A DNA stretch of 64,000 bases from the NCBI GenBank assembly GCA_001567165.1, contig LNFQ01000007.1, forward strand, positions 5,715 through 69,714, in the 5' to 3' direction. The notes beneath the pieces were generated by a model. That model worked only from the letters and a program-made list of their open reading frames with translations. It was not told the origin of the DNA and searched no databases. The number at the start of each line of letters is the position of its first letter. The stretch's first letter is position 1. Of this stretch, positions 30,701-39,186 are shown piece after piece. Both the position numbers and the translations under genes were made by a program. This stretch comes from Bacteroidetes bacterium OLB11 (GTDB lineage: Bacteria; Bacteroidota; Bacteroidia; Chitinophagales; Chitinophagaceae).

Positions 30701-31891
30701 TTAAAGTTCAAGTAAAAGTTTTGCTGGATCTTGAGCAGCTAAAAGCATAGTTGGGTTTTCAAGCAATTCTTTCACTCTTACTAAAAATCCTACGCTTTCT
30801 CTTCCGTCAATAATACGATGATCATAGCTAAGAGCCACATACATCATAGGCCTAATCTCAACTTGACCATTGACCGCTATCGGTCTTTCTTGGATTTTAT
30901 GCATTCCTAAAATCGCAGACTGAGGAATATTAATAATTGGTGTACTAAGCAAAGAACCAAACACGCCACCATTCGTAATTGTGAATGTACCTCCTGTCAT
31001 TTCCTCAATTGTCAATTTATTTTCTTTTGCATTTTTGGCTAAACCCGATACTGCTTTTTCAATTTCTGCCATACTCAAACTTTCAGCGTTTCGAATCACT
31101 GGCACCACCAAACCTTTTGGAGCACTCACTGCAATTGACACATCACAATAATCATGATAAACAATTTCATCACCGTCAATATAAGCATTAACAGCTTTCC
31201 ATTCTTGCAAAGCAATACAAACCGCTTTTGTAAAGAAGCTCATAAAGCCAAGTCCCACTTGATGTTTTTCTTTAAAAGCATCTTTATATTTTGTACGCAA
31301 GCTCATAATAGCCGACATATCCACTTCATTAAAAGTAGTCAGCATTGCAGTAGCATTTTTGGCTTCTACTAATCTTCTACTAATTGTTTTTCGAAGATTA
31401 CTCATTTTTTCTCTTTTTTCTTGTCTTGAGAAAAGCGTCGTTGCGGGTAAAGTTCCCGGCTTTTGCATTGAAGAAAGCACATCTGATTTTGTAATTCTTC
31501 CTAATGAGCCTGTACCTTGTATTTTGTGAGCATCTAAATTTTGAGCTTCTATTATATTATGTGCAAGTGGTGTCGTTTTCACATCGCTAGCCACTGTCGG
31601 TGCTGGCGTTGATGCTTTTTCTACCAAGTTAGGTGCAACTGCTTCAGCAGGTCTTTCGGCTGTTTCGTCAATTTCACAAGCGACATCACCAATGTGTAGT
31701 GTATCTCCTTCCTGTGCTTTTATTTTTAAAACTCCTGCTTGTTCGGCGTTTAATTCAAATGTTGCCTTTTCACTTTCCAATTCACAAATTACTTCATCAC
31801 GTTCAACCCATGCCCCATCAGGCTTTAACCATTTTGCCAAAGTAACTTCACTGATACTTTCACCTATTGTTGGTACTTTTATAGAAATCAT
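30701..31891 (-). CDS. sucB: Dihydrolipoyllysine-residue succinyltransferase (2-oxoglutarate dehydrogenase E2)
   Basis: 396 aa. It has a lipoyl domain with [11 protein letters not shown], an Ala/Pro linker, and a catalytic C-terminus ([17 protein letters not shown]). Confidence 0.85.
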   Translation of the reverse strand: MISIKVPTIGESISEVTLAKWLKPDGAWVERDEVICELESEKATFELNAEQAGVLKIKAQEGDTLHIGDVACEIDETAERPAEAVAPNLVEKASTPAPTVASDVKTTPLAHNIIEAQNLDAHKIQGTGSLGRITKSDVLSSMQKPGTLPATTLFSRQEKREKMSNLRKTISRRLVEAKNATAMLTTFNEVDMSAIMSLRTKYKDAFKEKHQVGLGFMSFFTKAVCIALQEWKAVNAYIDGDEIVYHDYCDVSIAVSAPKGLVVPVIRNAESLSMAEIEKAVSGLAKNAKENKLTIEEMTGGTFTITNGGVFGSLLSTPIINIPQSAILGMHKIQERPIAVNGQVEIRPMMYVALSYDHRIIDGRESVGFLVRVKELLENPTMLLAAQDPAKLLLEL

Positions 31892-31928
31892 GATTAATTA
31901 TTTTTATTCAATTAGAAATATAATTTGC

Positions 31929-32014
31929 GGAGACGGCGAGATTCGAACTCGCGATACAGTTTCCCATATACACACTTTCCAGGCGTGCTCCTTCAACCAC
32001 TCGGACACGTCTCC
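31929..32014 (-). tRNA. tRNA-Ser (anticodon GGA)
   Basis: An 86-nt cloverleaf folded by hand. Acceptor stem GGAGACG/CGTCTCC, 3-bp D stem, anticodon stem CACGC/GTGTG with loop CTGGAAA, a long variable arm, and T arm GCGAG-TTCGAAT-CTCGC. No CCA is encoded. Confidence 0.9.
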
Positions 32015-32082
32015 AATTTATGAATGCGAATGTATGAATAAATAAAAGATTTTTCATATCCATTTTTAATTTTAATCTTTCA

Positions 32083-34410
32083 TTAAAAATTTCTTTCCTT
32101 TTTGGGCTTTTGCCTATCAAACCAAACCAACAACGCTGGCAGAATCGTGAGATTTGTTAGCATAGCTAAAAGTAATGTGAGTGCAGTGAGATAGCCTAAT
32201 GCTTTTGTGCCATCAAACTGCGACACCAAAAATACAATGAAACCTGCCGATAAAATTAGTGATGTGTAAATGATACTAATCCCAGTATCTTGAATAGTAT
32301 TTTGCACTGTTTCTGGAATATTATAATCGTTGAAACTCAAATCTTGCTTATAATTTACTAAGAAACGAATCGTGACATCAATGGCAATCCCCAATGCAAT
32401 ACTAAATACCAAAACTGTAGATGGCTTCAATGGAATATTTGCAAAACCCATAATACCAGCAGTTATCAGCAAGGGTATTATATTCGTAATAATTGAAATA
32501 ACGACAATTCTCCACGAGCGAAATAGCAATGCCATGCAAACTGTTATCATCAACAATGCTAACAAAAGGCTGTCTCTCAAACTGTGAATAATAAATTTAC
32601 TTCCTTCTAAAAATACAACACTAGTGCCGGTATAAGTGATATCATACTTTGTAGAATCAAAAATTGTGTTGGCCATTTTACTAACAGAATCCAACATCGA
32701 AGGCAGTCGGATAGACCCGACATCTTCAATACCTACACTCACACGAATAATTTGTTTGTTAGAATCCAAAAATGATGTTGCTAAACTTGAATATTGAGAT
32801 TTTCCAGAATCGGATTTCACTTTTAAATAGGGCAATAAAAAAGAAATATCAAAAGAATTTGGCACATCAAAACTTGAGCTATCGCCATCATAAAAAGCTT
32901 GTCGAGCAAATTTAATAGCTTCCACAAATGATAGTGGTTTTGAAAATTCAGAGAATGATTTTAAGGATTGTGTAAACTCGTTTACTTTATTGATAGAATT
33001 TAATGAGCTTGCTCCATTTTTCTTTTTGGTGTCAATCATTATTTCAAGTGGCATAACACCATGGAAGTTTTTTTCAAAATATTTCAAGTCGGAATAAAGT
33101 GTATTTTCTTTGGGCAAATCATCGACAATATGCCCAACACTTTTCAACCTTAAAATCCCAATTACAGAAACGACAACTGCTATTAATGTAAGTGCATAAA
33201 CAGCCCGTCTATTATGAGTCACCCAATATTCAAACTTCAATAAAACCGAAGTGAGGTATTTGTTTTCAAGATACTTAGTATGTCTTGTTTTTGGTGCAGG
33301 TAAAAAACTAAAAATGGCTGGAATTGATAAAAGAGAAATTACAAAAACGACTAAAATACTGAGTCCTGCAACAAACCCAAACTCTTTTAAAACTTGACTT
33401 TTGGTAAAATAAAAAACACCAAACCCAATGGCTGCCGTCAAATTGGTAAAAAGCGTTACTATGCCCATTCTATCTACCATTGATATCAATGCTTCTCGTT
33501 TATTGTTGGTCAACGCAAATTGCGTATGATATTTATTTAAAAAATAAATACAATTTGGAATACCAATTACCACAATCAAAGGTGCAATTAATGCTGTCAA
33601 AATCGTGATTTTATACCCTGCCAATTCAATAAAACTAACTGCCCATACGACTCCCGCAAAAACTACAATCATCGAAAATAGCATCGCCGTAAAAGACCTA
33701 AAAAATAATAATAAAATCAAGGATGTTAAAACTAAAGAAGCAATCAAAATCAAATTCATTTCAGCTCGGAGGCTTTCTGCAAACTCCGTTCGGATATAAG
33801 GAAGACCTGAATAATGAATTTCAATTTGATTTTTTTGAGCGAATTCTGCTGAAATTTCTTTGATATGATTTATAATTTGAACACGATTTTTAGTTCTGAT
33901 TTTTTCACCATCTAAGTAAATGGCATTTAAATTAGCATGTGTCATTGGGTTATATAATAGCCCTGAATAAAATGGGAGATTTTTAAATTGAATAGCTGCA
34001 CTATCCATATTCACACCTTTATGAAATATCAATTCACTTATCAATTTAGAAGTACTATCCGTTTCCGCTTTTTTAATTTGAATGGCAGATGGAATGCTTA
34101 ATATCCCGACTACTCCATCTACAGTTTTTATTTTTTCTTGCCAATCAGAAAATGATTTAAAAAAATTAGGTTCAAAAACATTTTCCTTATCAAACCCAAC
34201 TACCATCATATTGCCATCTTGCCCAAATGTTTTCAAAAATTTTTCATACTTTATATATTCAGGATTGTCTTCTGGAATAGCACTCGCCATATCATAACGC
34301 ATTTTCACCTGTGTCGCAAAATATCCCATAACAAGCGTTAAGACAGTAAGTATAAACAATATAGAAACTCTGAATTTTAATATGAAATGTGCTAAACTCT
34401 TCCAAAACAT
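32083..34410 (-). CDS. RND-superfamily / MMPL-like exporter
   Basis: About 775 aa counted from the ATG at 34410 (MFWKSLAHF..). It has two 6-TM bundles, each preceded by a large extracytoplasmic loop. The upstream extension in the track ORF is not hydrophobic and is likely spurious. Confidence 0.7.
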   Translation of the reverse strand: MFWKSLAHFILKFRVSILFILTVLTLVMGYFATQVKMRYDMASAIPEDNPEYIKYEKFLKTFGQDGNMMVVGFDKENVFEPNFFKSFSDWQEKIKTVDGVVGILSIPSAIQIKKAETDSTSKLISELIFHKGVNMDSAAIQFKNLPFYSGLLYNPMTHANLNAIYLDGEKIRTKNRVQIINHIKEISAEFAQKNQIEIHYSGLPYIRTEFAESLRAEMNLILIASLVLTSLILLLFFRSFTAMLFSMIVVFAGVVWAVSFIELAGYKITILTALIAPLIVVIGIPNCIYFLNKYHTQFALTNNKREALISMVDRMGIVTLFTNLTAAIGFGVFYFTKSQVLKEFGFVAGLSILVVFVISLLSIPAIFSFLPAPKTRHTKYLENKYLTSVLLKFEYWVTHNRRAVYALTLIAVVVSVIGILRLKSVGHIVDDLPKENTLYSDLKYFEKNFHGVMPLEIMIDTKKKNGASSLNSINKVNEFTQSLKSFSEFSKPLSFVEAIKFARQAFYDGDSSSFDVPNSFDISFLLPYLKVKSDSGKSQYSSLATSFLDSNKQIIRVSVGIEDVGSIRLPSMLDSVSKMANTIFDSTKYDITYTGTSVVFLEGSKFIIHSLRDSLLLALLMITVCMALLFRSWRIVVISIITNIIPLLITAGIMGFANIPLKPSTVLVFSIALGIAIDVTIRFLVNYKQDLSFNDYNIPETVQNTIQDTGISIIYTSLILSAGFIVFLVSQFDGTKALGYLTALTLLLAMLTNLTILPALLVWFDRQKPKKERNF

Positions 34411-34510
34411 AATGCAAATATATTTATATTGTGTGTTCAAAAATATCCATTTTATGAAAAGTAATTTTCTTTGTTTGATTACGTTATGTATTGAGCGTAA
34501 ATTTGAATTT

Positions 34511-36775
34511 ATGAGAACCCCATTTTTCATTTTTTTTCTACTGATTTGTATTTTTACAAAAGCCCAAGAAGTGCCGGTTGGAAGCTGGCAAAGCCATTTT
34601 GCATATAATACTGCAACTACCGTTGAACTTGTCGGAGATAAAGTTTTTTCAGCAAGTGAACACCTTCGTTCTTATTCAATTTTAAGTGGAGAATTTGAAT
34701 CTTACTCTAAAGTAAACGGACTGAGTGATGTAGGCATTTCTATTATCCGATACGACCCTGCCACCGATTATTTAGTCATCATTTATAATAGTGGAAATAT
34801 TGATTTGATGCAAGGGTTGAACTTTTATAATATTCCCGATATAAAAAACTTGAATCTTACAGGAAGTAAAAAAATCAATAGCCTCTATTTTAAAAATAAA
34901 TTAATCTATTTAAGTACCGATTTTGGCATCATCGTTTTAGACCCAATCAAAAAAGAAATTAAAGAAACATACGTTTTGCAAGACAACACGCAAACTCTCA
35001 ACATCAATTCGCTCACATCATATAATGGATTCTTTTATGCTGCCACTTCTGCAGGCATATTTAAGGCTGATGAAAACAATCCTTCTCTGCAAAATTTTGC
35101 AAATTGGGTTCCTATTAATCATCAAGCTTTCAAATTTATTTTTTCTCATCATCAACAACTTTATTCCTGCACCACCGATTCTCTATATTTGATACAAAAT
35201 GATCAACTGCATTTTATTTATAATAGTGAAGTTCCAATTTTAAATGTAAGAACAGGAGAGAACGATTTTTACTTATGCGAATCTGATAATCAAATCAGAA
35301 AAATCAGTATATTCAACGAAAATGCGCAATTAATTGACTCTACAAAAAGTATCAATCCTAGAGATTTGGTTGAGGTTGCACCGAATCAAATTTGGGAGGC
35401 CGATTATTGGGAAGGACTTATCAGACTTGACAACAGACATGACAAAGTGATAATCAAACCCAATGCCGTCTATTCAAATTCATGCTACAATCTCAAAATA
35501 CAAAATAATGATTTGTATGTTTTAGCTGGAGGTGAAAATAGTTGGATCTATACCTACAATGGAGATGGTTTTTCAAAATATAATTTACACGATTGGACAG
35601 TTTATAACCGAGATGTTGGCACCCCTGCGATGGATACGATTTATGATATTATGGATCTAGTCGTTGACCCTAAAACAAAAAATATTTATGCTGCATCTTT
35701 TATCAGTGGACTTCTTGAAATCAACCCTGCAAACAATACATCAATCGTTTACAAAGACAATGGATATATTCAATCGACCATTGGTGACCCCAACGCCTAT
35801 CGTATCGCTGCTTTGCAATATGACGACAATCAAAATTTATGGATGACAAACTATGGGGCACCCGACCAATTAGTAGTAAAAAAAGCCGATGGCACATGGC
35901 AAAAATTTGCTTTCCCTTATGCTGTCAGTGAAAAATCGGCAAGCCAACTTACCATTGATAACAATAATCAAAAATGGGTTGTAGCACCACGTGGCATTGG
36001 CATCTTTGTATTAAATGATAATAACACTATCGATAATAAAAACGATGACAAAGTAAAACTTATTCAAACTGGAATCGGGTATGGAAACCTTCCATCAAAC
36101 GAAGTCAACTGTATTACAAAAGATTTAAATGGCAAACTATGGGTTGGCACATCAGATGGAATTGGAATTATTAATTGTCCTGAAAGTGTGATGAATACTG
36201 GTGGTTGTGATGCCGAATTGAAAATTGTCAAATACGATTTGAATGCAGGACTTTTATTTCAAAGAGAAAATGTCAAAACAATTTGTGCCGATGGAGCAAA
36301 CAACAAATGGATAGGAACCAATAATGGAATATGGCTCATCAGTGATGATGCAGAAAAAATTATTTATCATTTTAATGAAAAAAACAGTCCCCTTCCTAGC
36401 AATGAAATCAACAAAATAGTTGTTCATCCGCAAACTGGAGATGTTTTTATTGCGACCAACAAAGGGCTTGTTTCATTCAGAGGACAAGCAACGGAAGGCA
36501 ATGAAACCAATAACGATTTGCTCGTTTTTCCAAATCCAGTTCCGAGTGAATACAATGGGACAATCGCTATCAAAGGACTTGTAACCAACGCAGATGTTCG
36601 CATTACCGATGTTGCAGGGCAATTGGTTTATAGAACAAAAGCTCAAGGTGGACAAGCAACGTGGCAAGGTGTGAACTATTTAGGAAAGAGCCTCAAACCG
36701 GTGTATATTATATTTTTGTTAAGCAATGCAGATGGAAGTGAAAAAAAAGCAGGAAAATTCATTTTTAACCAGTAA
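34511..36775 (+). CDS. PorZ-like T9SS beta-propeller protein (two-component-regulator-propeller repeats plus CTD)
   Basis: Signal peptide MRTPFFIFFLLICIFTKAQ. The N-terminal SWQSHFAY..NGLSD..IIYNSGNIDL pattern and the repeated NKWIGT/KLWVGT propeller blades fit this family. The C-terminus FPNPVPSEYNGTIAIKGL..VRITDVAGQLVY resembles a T9SS CTD. Confidence 0.55.
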   Translation: MRTPFFIFFLLICIFTKAQEVPVGSWQSHFAYNTATTVELVGDKVFSASEHLRSYSILSGEFESYSKVNGLSDVGISIIRYDPATDYLVIIYNSGNIDLMQGLNFYNIPDIKNLNLTGSKKINSLYFKNKLIYLSTDFGIIVLDPIKKEIKETYVLQDNTQTLNINSLTSYNGFFYAATSAGIFKADENNPSLQNFANWVPINHQAFKFIFSHHQQLYSCTTDSLYLIQNDQLHFIYNSEVPILNVRTGENDFYLCESDNQIRKISIFNENAQLIDSTKSINPRDLVEVAPNQIWEADYWEGLIRLDNRHDKVIIKPNAVYSNSCYNLKIQNNDLYVLAGGENSWIYTYNGDGFSKYNLHDWTVYNRDVGTPAMDTIYDIMDLVVDPKTKNIYAASFISGLLEINPANNTSIVYKDNGYIQSTIGDPNAYRIAALQYDDNQNLWMTNYGAPDQLVVKKADGTWQKFAFPYAVSEKSASQLTIDNNNQKWVVAPRGIGIFVLNDNNTIDNKNDDKVKLIQTGIGYGNLPSNEVNCITKDLNGKLWVGTSDGIGIINCPESVMNTGGCDAELKIVKYDLNAGLLFQRENVKTICADGANNKWIGTNNGIWLISDDAEKIIYHFNEKNSPLPSNEINKIVVHPQTGDVFIATNKGLVSFRGQATEGNETNNDLLVFPNPVPSEYNGTIAIKGLVTNADVRITDVAGQLVYRTKAQGGQATWQGVNYLGKSLKPVYIIFLLSNADGSEKKAGKFIFNQ

Positions 36776-36778
36776 GAA

Positions 36779-37438
36779 TTATTCCGATTTATTTGACAAA
36801 CGAAATTCAGCCCAAGCAAAATCTTCTTGAAATGTAATCTTAATATTCTCCTTGAGTCCTTCACAAAGAAAAATTTGATTTCCATTATTTTCATAAACAG
36901 ATGCATCATCTGTAAAATCAGAATGAGTTGTCGCATGATAAGCATCCTTGATTCCTTTGGATAAAAAAACTTGTGGTGTTTGCACTGACTTGTATAATTT
37001 TCGTTCAACCATTACATTTTTTTGCTCATCAACATATCGAATGCTATCTGTAAGGTCTATCGCAGGAATGGCACAACCATGTGTCTTTGCTGTTTTTGAT
37101 AATGATTCAACCAATGAATGATTAATAAAAGGCCTAACTGCATCATGAATAAAAACCATTGCATCATTCGGAATATGCTGCAACCCAATTTTGACAGATT
37201 CAAATCGAGACCTCCCCCCAACTACGACTTTGATCGGATTTGAGCCAATCGCATTATTTAATAAAACACTCAACTCACGATTTAAATTTTGTGGTATCAA
37301 TAAAATGATTTCAAAACCATCATTCATATTAAAAAAAACATGAGCAGCATGCATAAACAAAGGAATTCCTTGCAACAACATAAATTGTTTTGGAATTTCA
37401 GAACCCATTCTACTACCAGATCCGGCAGCTACTATCAA
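36779..37438 (-). CDS. ispD: 2-C-methyl-D-erythritol 4-phosphate cytidylyltransferase
   Basis: IVAAGSGSRMGSEIPKQF is the IspD signature. The track start is a TTG. A canonical MKKYAL start (ATG at 37454) is one base out of frame across the T7 run at 37445-37451. Confidence 0.85.
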   Translation of the reverse strand: MIVAAGSGSRMGSEIPKQFMLLQGIPLFMHAAHVFFNMNDGFEIILLIPQNLNRELSVLLNNAIGSNPIKVVVGGRSRFESVKIGLQHIPNDAMVFIHDAVRPFINHSLVESLSKTAKTHGCAIPAIDLTDSIRYVDEQKNVMVERKLYKSVQTPQVFLSKGIKDAYHATTHSDFTDDASVYENNGNQIFLCEGLKENIKITFQEDFAWAEFRLSNKSE

Positions 37439-37510
37439 CGCATATTTTTTTCATACAGATTTGTAAAAATAAATCATCATTCTTTAACTTATCTCTTTGC
37501 ATAAAAATAA

Positions 37511-37518
37511 TAACTTTG
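37511..37518 (+). promoter_or_regulatory. Candidate -7 box TAACTTTG upstream of the TPR gene
   Basis: TAnnTTTG match 16 nt before the ATG at 37534. Confidence 0.3.
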
Positions 37519-37533
37519 TAGATTCAATTTTCC

Positions 37534-37848
37534 ATGGAACGAATACAAAAATTAAAAGAAATCTTGAGTCAATCACCTAATGATTGTTTTGTGCTACATG
37601 CCTTAGGGTTAGAGTATTTGAAAGAACAAGATATTCACACCGCACTCAATTTCTTTAAACAAGTTTTAATTCAAGACGAAAAATATTTAGGCACTTATTA
37701 TCATTTAGCTAAAACCTATGAAAAATTAGGCGACTACAATAAAGCAATTGAAATCTATCATAGAGGAATTCAGATAGCTTCACAGCTAAAAGATAATCAT
37801 GCGAAAAATGAATTACAAATGGCATTAGACGACATATCCGATGAATAA
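37534..37848 (+). CDS. Small TPR-repeat protein
   Basis: 104 aa with two or three TPR-like helical hairpins (..YYHLAKTYEKLGDYNKAIEIYHRGI..). Confidence 0.6.
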   Translation: MERIQKLKEILSQSPNDCFVLHALGLEYLKEQDIHTALNFFKQVLIQDEKYLGTYYHLAKTYEKLGDYNKAIEIYHRGIQIASQLKDNHAKNELQMALDDISDE

Positions 37849-39186
37849 ATCTAACACTCTCCATTTGAATCTTGACATGAATAAACGTTACTTACTAGCT
37901 GTCAGTGGCGGTGTTGACTCAATGGTGATGTGTAATCTTTTTTTTAAAATCAAAATTTCAATTTGAAGTTGCCCATTGCAATTTTCAATTAAGAAATTTA
38001 GAGTCAGATGGAGACGAACAACTAGTGTTAGATTGGTGCAAAAAAAATCATATAATATGTCATCATCAATCGTTTAACACACTTGAATTTAAAGAGGCTG
38101 AAAACATCTCAATTCAAGAAGCCGCACGAGTATTAAGATACCAATATTTCTACACTTTATTAGCCACTCATTCATTGGATTTTATAGTGACTGCTCATCA
38201 TCAAAATGATAATATTGAAACCGTATTGTTTCATTTTTTTAGAGGAACTGGGCTTGCTGGAATGTGTGGCATTCCTGCGTTTCAGCAACAAATAATAAGA
38301 CCGATGCTTTCTTTTTCAAAACAAGATATTTTTAATTATGCAAATCAAAACCAAATCATTTTTAGAGAAGATAGCAGCAACAAAAAAAATATTTATACCC
38401 GAAATTTTTTCCGAAATGAATTGCTTCCACAAATAGAAAAAGTATTGCCAAATGCTCAACAAAATATTGCTCAAAATATTATTCGATTTTCTGAAAGTTA
38501 TCAAATTTACAAACAACAAATAGAGTCGTATCGAAAAAAATTGATTGAGAAAAGAGGGAATGATTGGTATGTCCCAATTTTAAAATTAAAAAAACAACAA
38601 CCCCTTCAATCAATCACCTATGAACTGCTCAAACCCTTTGGGTTTTCATACTTACAAACAATTCAAATCCTCAAACTGATAGATAGTGAATCTGGTCGCA
38701 AAATTGCAGCACAAAACTATCTACTCTTTAAAGATCGAAACTTTTTTATAATTACCCAAACTAGGTCCACCGAAAGTCAGTATATCCAATTTGAAAAACA
38801 AAATCAACAAATTGAAACGTCCGATTTCAAACTCAATATTAAACTGCTTTCTTCCGAAAATTATCATCTTTCAAAAGATACATCAATACTTCAATTGGAT
38901 GCAGATAAAATAAAAGGAACCCTTCTATTAAGAAAGTGGAAACAAGGCGACTATCTATATCCCCTCGGCATGAACAAAAAGAAAAAAAGTTGCACGTATT
39001 TTAATTGATGAGAAAATCGCTTTGACAGACAAAGAAAAAATTTGGGTTGTCGAATCTAATAAAAATATCATTGGAATTGTGGGATTGAAAATTGATAACC
39101 GATTTAAAATTGAATCAAAAACCAAAAAAATATTAATTATTCAAAAAAAAATAAAAAAATGTATAGTGATAAATATTACGAACTGA
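37841..39186 (+). CDS. tilS: tRNA(Ile)-lysidine synthase; two frame breaks as assembled
   Basis: The ATG at 37841 gives MNKSNTLHLNLDMNKRYLLAVSGGVDSMVMCNLF (PP-loop SGGxDS). The gene continues as LKSKFQFEVAHCNFQLR.. (track ORF 38025-39008) after the T8 run at 37938-37945. It continues again as VARILIDEKIALTDKEKIWVVESN.. after the A7 run at 38982-38988. The exact stop is uncertain because more A-runs follow. Confidence 0.75.

Noticed and set aside
30701-31891. sucB without an adjacent sucA, and pdhB (47641-48624) without an adjacent E1-alpha gene, as evidence of pathway decay.
   Set aside because: The order of 2-oxoacid dehydrogenase genes varies in Bacteroidota. Both genes are intact, and absence of partners from one window is not informative.
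31692-32120. ORFs 31692-32045 (+) and 31908-32120 (-) span the sucB / RND intergenic region.
   Set aside because: Both run across the hand-folded tRNA-Ser(GGA) gene and across sucB antisense sequence, so they are spurious.
34415-34505. TAnnTTTG matches at 34415-34422 (minus strand) and 34498-34505 (plus strand) as divergent promoters for the RND and PorZ-like genes.
   Set aside because: They lie only 4-5 nt from the presumed start codons, which is too close for a -7 element ahead of a TSS. The motif is also frequent by chance in AT-rich DNA.
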